This document shows positions 1 to 8,281 of a stretch of 64,000 bases of DNA, piece by piece (positions within the stretch are counted from its first letter, which is position 1; the number at the start of each line of letters is the position of its first letter). The translations under genes and the position numbers were made by a program. The notes beneath the pieces were generated by a model. The model saw only the letters and a list, made by a program, of their open reading frames with translations. It did no database searches and was not told where the DNA came from. The stretch covers positions 3,607-67,606 of the forward strand of contig CACNFS010000002.1 of NCBI GenBank assembly GCA_902619835.1. The letters run 5' to 3'. Origin of the DNA: an uncultured Pelagibacteraceae bacterium (lineage in GTDB: Bacteria > Pseudomonadota > Alphaproteobacteria > Pelagibacterales > Pelagibacteraceae).

Positions 1-26
1 AGACAATAAAAAGTAAAGATAAACAA

Positions 27-314
27 ATGGAAAATATTAAAGATATTTCCAGTAATGCAACTTATTTATATAATAAATTTGTTTTTCTAAAAAAAAATCT
101 TAAATTAGCAATTAAGTCCTTCAGAGACCATTCTATTAATCTACAAAAAGTTATAGATACTGGTTGGGGAAATAAATCTTCTTTAGAAAAATCTTTTGAA
201 AAATTTAAGAAGAAACATGGCTTGAATGAATCCAAAGAGATGCCCACAAGCACATTAGAGGAAAATCAAATTAGCGATTTAGATGATCCTGAAGAAAAAA
301 CATCTGTAAATTAA
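27..314 (+). CDS. hypothetical protein (accessory)
   Basis: 95-aa ORF with acidic C-terminus, 1 bp from the next ORF; no recognisable motif. Confidence 0.55.
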   Translation: MENIKDISSNATYLYNKFVFLKKNLKLAIKSFRDHSINLQKVIDTGWGNKSSLEKSFEKFKKKHGLNESKEMPTSTLEENQISDLDDPEEKTSVN

Positions 315-315
315 T

Positions 316-519
316 ATGAAAAAACACTTAGAATACACCGATGCTAAATCTAATAAGTTCTGGGAAATAGAGCTTAAAGGTAAATCGATAAGCATTTGCT
401 ATGGCAGAATTGGTATTGAAAATCCTGCTAAACAAAACAAATCTTTTCCATCTACAGATTCAGCTAAGAAATATTACGAAAAAAAATTAAGAGAAAAGAT
501 TAATAAGGGTTACCACTAG
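316..519 (+). CDS. stand-alone WGR domain protein
   Basis: SNKFWEI...YGRIG...A..YYEKKLREKINKGY matches the WGR domain pattern. Confidence 0.85.
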   Translation: MKKHLEYTDAKSNKFWEIELKGKSISICYGRIGIENPAKQNKSFPSTDSAKKYYEKKLREKINKGYH

Positions 520-569
520 TCTTTATTTCTTAAATAAATAATTCTGTATTTGTTTCTAGCGGCATTATT

Positions 570-1523
570 TTAAATGTATTCTAAAATTTTTTTTGCAGGA
601 ATTGTTTTTTTAATCCAGGCTAATGGAATGTTTCTATCTTTTAATGCTGTAAAGTAACTTCCGCAGAAAATTGCCCGGCTAACGTTACAGCCTCCAGCTT
701 TGATTGTTTTAATAATAGCCTGTTCGTAATTACTTGAGGTAATTACACAATGAACCGAACTTTTAAAATTTCCAGGATCTGAACATGCTTTGCCTAGCAT
801 GCGAGTGACTTTAGTATGATCTTGATTTTTAAGTTTTAACACCTTCTGAATGTCTTTAACTACTTCTTTAAAATACTTATTTTTCTTATTCAATTTAATA
901 AATTTTTGAATAGGATTTTTTTCTCTCTGACTTGCTAAATCTATAATCTTCAATCTAGCCAAACCGTAGACTTCATTTAAATGTGAATCTGCTGCAATTC
1001 TAATAACTTTTTTAACTTCCTTATCATCCTTACTTACTAAAAAATAATACGGTATCGCGGCATTGAAACCGTCTGTTTCTTGAACGACTTTTAAACCTCC
1101 CTTAACTCTTTTTTTACTTTTAATTTTCTGAATGGCCACAAGTGTATTTTGATGTATCCAATTTCCTTTAAGCGGTTTTAGCCATTTTTTTTTCTTGTAC
1201 TTACGTCTCTCATTTAAGTTCTTAAAATAAATAGAACCAGGGCCAAAATGTGTAACTAAGTTTTTTTTAAAATTTTCAATTATTTCTAATTTTTTTTTTG
1301 AAGTTATTATTGTTTGAAACATTACCTGAGCCATGTCGTTGTAACCGCTAACGGCTCCCAGGGGTATAGAATAAAAAGGACATTTGTTTTCTCTAAAAAA
1401 AGCTATATCTTTTTTGCCTTTAATATAATTTTTTAATTTTTTAGGATCATAGACCCAATGTAAAGGTCTCGCTGCTGCATCGGCAACTGTAGCTCCTAAT
1501 AAAATTTTTAAACCTTCATACAT
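570..1523 (-). CDS. ADP-ribosylglycohydrolase-family protein (J1-crystallin-like subgroup)
   Basis: N-terminal LLGATVADAAARPLHWVY and C-terminal AGGCNVSRA...IPLAW motifs. Confidence 0.75.
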   Translation of the reverse strand: MYEGLKILLGATVADAAARPLHWVYDPKKLKNYIKGKKDIAFFRENKCPFYSIPLGAVSGYNDMAQVMFQTIITSKKKLEIIENFKKNLVTHFGPGSIYFKNLNERRKYKKKKWLKPLKGNWIHQNTLVAIQKIKSKKRVKGGLKVVQETDGFNAAIPYYFLVSKDDKEVKKVIRIAADSHLNEVYGLARLKIIDLASQREKNPIQKFIKLNKKNKYFKEVVKDIQKVLKLKNQDHTKVTRMLGKACSDPGNFKSSVHCVITSSNYEQAIIKTIKAGGCNVSRAIFCGSYFTALKDRNIPLAWIKKTIPAKKILEYI

Positions 1524-2623
1524 TAGTTTATTTTTTTATTTACCGGCAAACTTGAGGTTCTTAACTGTCCACAACCACTTAATGATTTTTCATCAGCACC
1601 GCCACTTCTTCTAACCGTCACAATAAATCCTGCATTTTTAACTATTTGAGCAAATTCATTTGTCTTATCTTCAGAGACAGGTTTTATTTTACATCCTGGC
1701 CATGTATTCATAAAGATTAAATTTAATTTAGACGGAAACTGTTTCATTACTTTTACTAACTCTCTTGCATCTTCCGGGCTATCATTGATCCCTTTCATAA
1801 GAGTATATTCGACAAACACTTTCTCTTTCACAACACTAGTATAATATTTACAACTTTTAATAACTTCTTCTAAAGGATATTTTTTATTTATAGGAATCAC
1901 TTTATTTCTTTTTTCATTTGTTCCTGCGTGAATTGAAAGTGCTAAATGCACCCCTACCTCATCAGTAAATTGAATAATTTTATCTGGTACTCCGATAGTT
2001 GATAAAGTTATCGATTTCTTGCCCATATGAATTCCCTCGGGTTCCATTAAAATTTTAATAAATTGTTTTGTTTCTATATAATTTGTTAACGGTTCTCCTG
2101 ATCCCATGAGCACTACTCTACTTAAAAGTCTTTGATCCCCAAAATCATTGAGGTATCTTTTTGCTATCATCATTTGCATAACTATTTCACTAGCAGATAA
2201 ATTTTTAACTAATAGCTGCGTTCCAGTTGCGCAATGAATACAAGCACTATTCTTTGACATCGCACATCCAACCTGCACTGATACACAAATAGTGTTATGC
2301 GATTTACTAGGTATTAATACAACCTCAATTAAATTTTTATTCTCATCGTTTAATTCTAAAAGCCACTTAATTGTTTTATCGCTTGCGACTTCTTCTTTTA
2401 AAATTTTTGGTAATTCTAAAGATAAAACATTATCTAATTTTTTTCTTAGTTCAAATGTAACTGTGGTTAAGTCAGAAAAGCTTGTTATCCCTTTTTGGTA
2501 TATTCCCTTGTAAAGTTGTTGAGCCCTCATTTTAACTTTACTTTCTTCAACGCCAATCTTTTCAATAAGGAAATTTTTCAGTTCCTCAAAAGATAAACCA
2601 TAAAAGTTTTGCTTTTTTTGCAT
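1523..2623 (-). CDS. rlmN: RlmN-family radical SAM RNA methyltransferase, divergent
   Basis: TICVSVQVGC, GEPL, LALSIHA, EYTLMKGINDS and GCGQL motifs; cluster motif is CX7CX2C. Confidence 0.85.
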   Translation of the reverse strand: MQKKQNFYGLSFEELKNFLIEKIGVEESKVKMRAQQLYKGIYQKGITSFSDLTTVTFELRKKLDNVLSLELPKILKEEVASDKTIKWLLELNDENKNLIEVVLIPSKSHNTICVSVQVGCAMSKNSACIHCATGTQLLVKNLSASEIVMQMMIAKRYLNDFGDQRLLSRVVLMGSGEPLTNYIETKQFIKILMEPEGIHMGKKSITLSTIGVPDKIIQFTDEVGVHLALSIHAGTNEKRNKVIPINKKYPLEEVIKSCKYYTSVVKEKVFVEYTLMKGINDSPEDARELVKVMKQFPSKLNLIFMNTWPGCKIKPVSEDKTNEFAQIVKNAGFIVTVRRSGGADEKSLSGCGQLRTSSLPVNKKIN

Positions 2624-2643
2624 TAATGGGACTTTATAGACTT

Positions 2644-2667
2644 GAGCGGGCTTATGAAAGCCCGCTC
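2644..2667 (-). terminator. GC-rich hairpin, probable terminator of the 64-aa ORF
   Basis: GAGCGGGCT-tatgaa-AGCCCGCTC perfect 9-bp inverted repeat just downstream of the ORF stop; no strong U tail. Confidence 0.6.
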
Positions 2668-2677
2668 TATAGGAATG

Positions 2678-2872
2678 TTAGAGTTTTTTTGGCTCTGTTT
2701 TTAAATGCTTAAGAATCTGCCCTTTCCGGGGACCATTCTTTAAGGTATATCCAGATGAGCCACCTCCGTTCGTTTCCACGGCAATCTGATTTTTGCTTAA
2801 CTGTAGTGAAATCTTTTGCGAATTTTTTTTTATCGCAGATGATTTGTACAGCTGACTGAACCTATTTGTCAT
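2678..2872 (-). CDS. small hypothetical protein (64 aa, MTNRFSQLY...)
   Basis: ATG at 2872 preceded by an AGGAG RBS (2879-2883); this start fits better than the ORF-track start at 2923. Confidence 0.7.
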   Translation of the reverse strand: MTNRFSQLYKSSAIKKNSQKISLQLSKNQIAVETNGGGSSGYTLKNGPRKGQILKHLKTEPKKL

Positions 2873-2979
2873 AATCAACTCCTTTGTTCTGCGATCTTTG
2901 CAATCCCCATAGAGATTCAGCATGATCTATGCTGACACTTTGCAAGATGATAACATCATCTTTTCCATGTGATATGGAA
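2873..2979 (-). promoter_or_regulatory. candidate structured 5' leader RNA (four stem-loops, repeated UUGCAAAG)
   Basis: inverted repeats at 2963-2979, 2944-2962, 2917-2935 and 2902-2917; CTTTGCAA direct repeat at 2896-2903 and 2938-2945. Confidence 0.55.
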
Positions 2980-3015
2980 TTACCTTAGACATTAATGTAA
3001 GAATATAAATTGTCA

Positions 3016-3168
3016 ATGGATAATAAGTTTATATTAGGTTTATGTATTATAGGTTTTGGCATTCTGTTGCTTTTTTCACGTGCAGATTATTCTATATGGT
3101 TTAGCGCCATTGCTGTTGGAATTGGCTCAGGTATTATTATAACTAAGAAAGATAAAAAAGAGGATTAG
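3016..3168 (+). CDS. small membrane protein (50 aa, not in ORF track)
   Basis: MDNKFILGLCIIGFGILLLFSRADYSIWFSAIAVGIGSGIIITKKDKKED; two hydrophobic segments; stop overlaps the next GTG start. Confidence 0.65.
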   Translation: MDNKFILGLCIIGFGILLLFSRADYSIWFSAIAVGIGSGIIITKKDKKED

Positions 3169-3776
3169 TGAAAAGAATTTGTATTATATTTGGTCATTAC
3201 AATACTAAAACTTCATTTTGTAGCGCTATTAGAGATACTTTTATTCAAGAGTCCGAAAAAATTGGTAACGAAATTGATTTAATTAATTTATACGAAGAAA
3301 AAGAACAATTGCCTTACTATCGTAACATCAATCCTCCACCTAAATTAGTTTTAGATTATAGAAAAAGATTAGAGAGGAGTGATGTGATGTTTATAATAAG
3401 TCCCTGCCACAATTTAAGACTAACAAGTATAACAGAGTCATGGGTCGATTGGATTTTGCACCCGCGCTGGTTTTTTGAATACAAATCACTTATACCTGGA
3501 AATAAGTATTTCAAAAATTATGGTTGGAGTAAACCAGGGGCTATGAAAGGAAAATTGGGTCTCCTTGCGATTGCATACGGTGGGCCGATGCTTGCTTATT
3601 CTAATTTCTCTTTTTTCGACAATATTCCATATCGCCGGATCAAAAAATCTGTTTTTCAATTAGGTGGAATGCGCTGCCAATACTTACGCTTTTTTTCTGT
3701 GTTGCCTAATATGGAAGAGAAAATTTTTAATAAACATATGGAAAGAGTAAGAAAATTAGCTAGGACATTAAAATAA
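3168..3776 (+). CDS. NAD(P)H-dependent oxidoreductase, flavodoxin-like fold (KefF/MdaB-type)
   Basis: ICIIFGH...SFCSAIRD, IDLINLY and L..SDVMFIISP...WVD motifs. Confidence 0.75.
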   Translation: MKRICIIFGHYNTKTSFCSAIRDTFIQESEKIGNEIDLINLYEEKEQLPYYRNINPPPKLVLDYRKRLERSDVMFIISPCHNLRLTSITESWVDWILHPRWFFEYKSLIPGNKYFKNYGWSKPGAMKGKLGLLAIAYGGPMLAYSNFSFFDNIPYRRIKKSVFQLGGMRCQYLRFFSVLPNMEEKIFNKHMERVRKLARTLK

Positions 3777-3810
3777 TTTATTTTTTTTTCAAAAAGTATA
3801 TAAGTTAAAT

Positions 3811-4258
3811 ATGGAAAATTTTAAAAATTGGATGATATCAACAGCTAACGTACTTTTCGACGACCAAAAAAACGACCTGAGAGCGTTACCAAAGGCGGTC
3901 AGGCTACAAATTTTAATCGTGCTATCTTTTATATGGTCGACTGTTTTTAGTCTGTACGTATTTAGTTTGACTACCTTCATTTGGGGGTGGGCCAGGCGTT
4001 ATCATGGCGCACATTGGTCTAATATTCGCAGTGTATTTTACTTTTAAGTTTTTTCATAAAAAACAAGAACAGCCTATTAGCGTTTTTGAGTCTGGAAACT
4101 ATAATCCCGCAAAAATATTTGCTATTTTCTTTATAATTTTCTTCATGTTTATATTTACGAAAGGTATTGACGTTTTAACAAAAACAAACTCGTATGAAAT
4201 TCCTTTTGATGGACCAAATTCAACTACCGAGGAACGCATTAAAAGATTTGTGAAATAA
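3811..4258 (+). pseudogene. membrane protein split by a +1 frameshift (or a sequencing error)
   Basis: removing one base near 3991-3994 (gccAggc) joins ...FIWGWA to GVIMAHIGLIF..., giving one continuous hydrophobic protein from the two overlapping ORFs. Confidence 0.65.
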
Positions 4259-4282
4259 TCTAATCTTTATTAAAATCAATCA

Positions 4283-5122
4283 ATGAAGTTATTAAGAGTA
4301 GGTGATTTAGGTAAAGAAAAAGTTGCTGCGATAGATAAAAATAATATTTTTCGTGATCTTTCCTCTCATATTACTGACTTAAATCCAGACACATTAAAAT
4401 TAAATAATCTTACAGAATTAAAGAAAATAAAGTTAGAAGATTTACCTGAAGTTCCAAAAAATAAAAGAGTTGGTGCATGTATTAATAGGCCTAGTAACAT
4501 ACTATGCGCGGGACTTAACTATTCACTCCATGCCGCTCAGACAGGAAGTAAACTTCCAGACTATCCAATAATATTTAACAAAAGCCCTGACTGTTTACAG
4601 GGTCCATTTGATCCAATTAAGAAAAATAAAACTCAAGAAAAATTAGATTACGAAATCGAGCTTGCTGTTGTGTTGGGCAAAGAGGCAAAAAACATAAAGG
4701 AAGAAGAAGCTTTGGATTATGTTTTTGGTTATTTTATTTTAAATGATATTTCAGATCGTCATGCTCAAAAAGTAATTGGTAGTGGACATTGGACTTTAGG
4801 AAAATCTTGGTGTGCACCAGCCGGTGGAATTTTAGTAACTAAAGATGAAATAAATAATATTCACGATATTAATCTGTCTTTAAGCGTAAATGACGAAGAG
4901 AGACAAAAAGGGAATACTAAAAATATGATATTTAAAATAGAGTATCTTATTTCTCATATCAGTAAATATTTAACTTTAAAGCCAGGTTGTGTTATTTCGA
5001 CTGGAACCCCAGCAGGAACTGGTATGGAACAAAAACCACAAAAATTTCTTCAAGTTGGAGACCGGCTGCATTTAAAAGTTGATAATCTTGGAGAACAAAA
5101 ATACGATATCGTTAATGAGTAA
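4283..5122 (+). CDS. fumarylacetoacetate hydrolase family protein
   Basis: CAGLNYSLHA, LDYEIEL, NDISDR and ISTGTPAG motifs. Confidence 0.9.
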   Translation: MKLLRVGDLGKEKVAAIDKNNIFRDLSSHITDLNPDTLKLNNLTELKKIKLEDLPEVPKNKRVGACINRPSNILCAGLNYSLHAAQTGSKLPDYPIIFNKSPDCLQGPFDPIKKNKTQEKLDYEIELAVVLGKEAKNIKEEEALDYVFGYFILNDISDRHAQKVIGSGHWTLGKSWCAPAGGILVTKDEINNIHDINLSLSVNDEERQKGNTKNMIFKIEYLISHISKYLTLKPGCVISTGTPAGTGMEQKPQKFLQVGDRLHLKVDNLGEQKYDIVNE

Positions 5123-5225
5123 ACGTTATTCTGGAAAATCGTGGAAAGCTAGGAGTTTTAAAAAAAAAGCAAAATTGAGTTTTAAAGAAAAAAGAAGACT
5201 TAAAAGAGAGAAAAGAAATAAATAA
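5115..5225 (+). CDS. very basic 36-aa peptide (not in ORF track)
   Basis: MSKRYSGKSWKARSFKKKAKLSFKEKRRLKREKRNK fills the gap between the FAH and SRAP genes. Confidence 0.55.
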   Translation: MSKRYSGKSWKARSFKKKAKLSFKEKRRLKREKRNK

Positions 5226-5227
5226 TC

Positions 5228-5854
5228 ATGTGTGGAAGATATAGTGTTCAGAAAAAAACATTACTAGTAGCAAATAGTTTAGTTAAGAAGAATATTAATG
5301 TAGATCTTGAGCAAGATAATTTTAATTGTGCTCCTGGTGGAAAATACCCTTGTATTAAATCCGCCACTAACGGTAAATATCTTGAAATGACTGTCTTCGG
5401 CTACCTTCCATCTTGGAGCAAGCCAGATTTTAGACGACTACACAATGCTAGATTAGAGGGTATAGAGACTAAAGTAAGTTTTAAAAAACTTATAGTTAAT
5501 TCAAGAGCAGTTGTGCCTCTTTCTGGATTCATTGAGTGGTCTAAGGTGAACGAAAAGAAAATTCCCTACTATTTTACCAGAGCAGACTCTGAAGATATCT
5601 TTTGCCCAGCTATTCATGATGCAGGACAATTCACAATTCTTACCAGAGATGCCACACCTCAGAATGCTAAAATTCACCACAGACAGCCAGTAATAATCTC
5701 GAAATCTCAAATTAATAATTATTTTAATTTAAATAATAATGCAGTAGAATTTTTAAAAACTGTGAAACCACCTGAGCTAAAGTACCATGAAATTTCAACT
5801 AAAATTAACAATCCAAGTGCAAACGATCCAACATTAATTAATCCAGTACAATGA
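5228..5854 (+). CDS. SOS response-associated peptidase (SRAP/YedK/HMCES family)
   Basis: N-terminal MCGRY, NARLE, FIEW and IHHRQPVI motifs. Confidence 0.9.
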   Translation: MCGRYSVQKKTLLVANSLVKKNINVDLEQDNFNCAPGGKYPCIKSATNGKYLEMTVFGYLPSWSKPDFRRLHNARLEGIETKVSFKKLIVNSRAVVPLSGFIEWSKVNEKKIPYYFTRADSEDIFCPAIHDAGQFTILTRDATPQNAKIHHRQPVIISKSQINNYFNLNNNAVEFLKTVKPPELKYHEISTKINNPSANDPTLINPVQ

Positions 5855-6648
5855 CTAAACTGTCCATAGAATTATCAGAAAATAATGTTGGTTGTTATGT
5901 TAAAACTAACTTAAAAAACATCACGCACGAAGAAATTCAAGAAATTAAAAAATTATTAAATAAACACTCTGTTCTTTTCTTCAAAGAGCAACATTTAAAT
6001 CCACAAGAATATATAAGATTTGCATCAAATTTTGGTAAGCCCGCTGAGTATCCAATGCTAAAGCCACATAAAGATTTCAAAGATATTTACGTAATTGAGA
6101 GAAAAAAAAGTGACAAAGGAATCGGATTCGGAATTGGCGCTCACACCGACAGCTCATACATGAGTAATCCTCCTCGTTTTACTTTTTTACAAGCTATTCA
6201 AGTTCCTGAAGAGGGAAAAGGTAATACTTTATTTTATAATCAATTTCTTGCATATGAGGCACTTCCAAATGAAATAAAGAATAAGATTGAAAAGCTTAAA
6301 GGTGTTTTTTCTTCTCAAGGAAAAATTGCTAGAACACGAGTACAAAGAGAGGTTGAACATGGGACAAGTAATTCAAAAGAAATAAGATCAGAACATAAAT
6401 TGGTTCAAACCATTGATGGCAGAAAAGCAATCTATTGTTCGCCTGGACATATTGTAGATGTAGCTAATTTAAATTCTAATCAAAAAGAATTTATTGATTT
6501 TTTAACTTCTCATCAAACCAAAAAAGATTTTTCATTTAGTTTTGCTTGGAAAAAAGGCGATATAGCAGTTTGGTCAAACAGATCTATGCTTCATGCAGCG
6601 ACAACTTATAATGGAGATAGAAAAATGTTTAGGATTACTGTTCAATAA
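5851..6648 (+). CDS. TauD/TfdA family 2OG-Fe(II) dioxygenase
   Basis: HTDSSY, GNTLF and W.KGDIAVWSNRSMLH...R motifs. Confidence 0.88.
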   Translation: MTKLSIELSENNVGCYVKTNLKNITHEEIQEIKKLLNKHSVLFFKEQHLNPQEYIRFASNFGKPAEYPMLKPHKDFKDIYVIERKKSDKGIGFGIGAHTDSSYMSNPPRFTFLQAIQVPEEGKGNTLFYNQFLAYEALPNEIKNKIEKLKGVFSSQGKIARTRVQREVEHGTSNSKEIRSEHKLVQTIDGRKAIYCSPGHIVDVANLNSNQKEFIDFLTSHQTKKDFSFSFAWKKGDIAVWSNRSMLHAATTYNGDRKMFRITVQ

Positions 6649-7704
6649 TTAATCTTTCAATAGCTGAGTCAAATGTCCCATTTTTCGACCAGGTCTAATT
6701 TCAGTCTTCAAATAATCGAAAAAAAATTCATTTTCTTTAAACTTTTTATTTCTAAATTCCTTTATTTCATCTCCTAAAATATTAGTCATAACTGCATTAG
6801 AAATTTTTTTATTTTCAATAAATTTTAATCCTAAAATAGCTCTGACATGGTTCATAAATTGGTCTACCTGGTAACTGTTAACAGTATGCCACATTCCATT
6901 ATGACATCTATTGCACCATTCCAAAAAATAAAGTTCCTCTTTTTCATCAATCATAAATTCTATATTTAAAGTTCCTACATAATTAAGTTTTTCGGCAAAT
7001 TTAATTGCAATATCTTGGGATTTTTTTAAAATATTTTTATCTATATTTGCTGGTATTTTTGACTCTCTAAGTATACCTTTTTCATGTTTGTTTTCAGACG
7101 GTTCATAAATTGAAATTTTTCCATCCTTGTATCTTGTTGCAGCTACAGAAATTTCTTGTTTAAATTTGAGAAATTTTTCTAAAATATATTCTTTACTAAA
7201 ATCTATATTCTTATCAATTTCCTCTATAGTCTTAAATCGATATTGTTGCTTACCGTCATAACCTCCAGAAACAGACTTTAATATACAATTACCATAAGAT
7301 TTTACACCCTCTTTTAATTCTTCTAATGATTTTATACTTTTCCATTCGGTAGTTTTTATGCCGAGATCATTTGCAAATTTTTTTTCTAATATTCTGTTTT
7401 GGGCAATTCTTAAAGTATTTGGAGATGGGTGAACTTCTTTTACATCAGCGATAGATTTTAAAATTTCGTAAGATAAATTCTCAAAAGCATAAGTACAAAT
7501 ATTTATTTTTTTTATAAAATTTTCAATTACATTTTTGTCATTTAAATCAGCGCATATAAATTCATCTGCTACGTGCTTTGCAGGACCGTCATTATCATTA
7601 GTAAGAACTATAGTTTTAATACCACCAATTTTTTTTGCAGATTTTATAAGCTGAGTTTCTAATTGCCCGCTATATAAAATTCCAAGCGTTATATCTTTCG
7701 ACAT
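6649..7704 (-). CDS. purK: N5-carboxyaminoimidazole ribonucleotide synthase, divergent
   Basis: ATP-grasp fold; QNRILEK, GYDGK and RKMGH motifs; directly downstream of purE. Confidence 0.85.
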   Translation of the reverse strand: MSKDITLGILYSGQLETQLIKSAKKIGGIKTIVLTNDNDGPAKHVADEFICADLNDKNVIENFIKKINICTYAFENLSYEILKSIADVKEVHPSPNTLRIAQNRILEKKFANDLGIKTTEWKSIKSLEELKEGVKSYGNCILKSVSGGYDGKQQYRFKTIEEIDKNIDFSKEYILEKFLKFKQEISVAATRYKDGKISIYEPSENKHEKGILRESKIPANIDKNILKKSQDIAIKFAEKLNYVGTLNIEFMIDEKEELYFLEWCNRCHNGMWHTVNSYQVDQFMNHVRAILGLKFIENKKISNAVMTNILGDEIKEFRNKKFKENEFFFDYLKTEIRPGRKMGHLTQLLKD

Positions 7705-8205
7705 TTATTTAGGTTTTATTTTTACTGATTTAGTTTGTTTTCTTTTCCATTTTAATAGATTAAATTTTACTTTATCATCAAATGTACCAATAATTTCAGC
7801 TGCAAATAAAGCGGCATTTACTGCTCCTGCTTCACCTATAGGCATCGTGGCTAAGGGGCAACCAGAGGGACAGCAATTTAAACTGAGTAAACTGTCCAAT
7901 CCTTTTAACTTTTTTGTTTCAATCGGAACACCTATAACAGGTATTGATGCTAGAGCAGCAGTTACAGAAGGTAATGAAGCTGAGCCACCAGCAGCAGCAA
8001 TGCAGACGGTATAGTTTTTGTGTAAGTTTTCAGCCCAATTAAACATTCTTTTAGGAGTTCTATGCGCTGAAACAATATGGGTTGTGAATTTTACTTTAAG
8101 TACTTTTAATATATTTTCTGTTTTTCGCATTATTTTGGCGTCGTTTGCCGAACCCATAATAATGCTCACTTTAGGCTGAATTTTTTTAGCTTTAATTCGT
8201 TTCAC
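7705..8205 (-). CDS. purE: N5-CAIR mutase, divergent
   Basis: IIMGS, VSAHRTP, PVIGVP, GLDSLLS and NAALFAA motifs. Confidence 0.9.
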   Translation of the reverse strand: MKRIKAKKIQPKVSIIMGSANDAKIMRKTENILKVLKVKFTTHIVSAHRTPKRMFNWAENLHKNYTVCIAAAGGSASLPSVTAALASIPVIGVPIETKKLKGLDSLLSLNCCPSGCPLATMPIGEAGAVNAALFAAEIIGTFDDKVKFNLLKWKRKQTKSVKIKPK

Positions 8206-8235
8206 AAATTAGTTTAGCAATTATTGGAATAAAAA

Positions 8236-8262
8236 CAATGGCCTAATTAGATTAAGCCATTG
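8236..8262 (-). terminator. probable intrinsic terminator
   Basis: CAATGGCCTAAT/ATTAAGCCATTG inverted repeat followed by a U-run on the minus strand. Confidence 0.55.
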
Positions 8263-8281
8263 GTTTATTTAGGAGGAAAGA

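Noticed and set aside
62-253. Short antisense ORFs here and across the window (e.g. 2292-2513, 18770-19201, 24323-24601, 47023-47388, 58339-58728)
   Set aside because: They lie on the opposite strand of confidently identified genes and carry no motifs; these are shadow frames.
1-570. Prophage or att site at the left edge
   Set aside because: No integrase, phage structural gene, tRNA or direct repeat is visible within the window.
2873-2923. N-terminal extension of the ORF-track 81-aa protein
   Set aside because: The RBS supports ATG at 2872, and the extension overlaps the hairpin leader.
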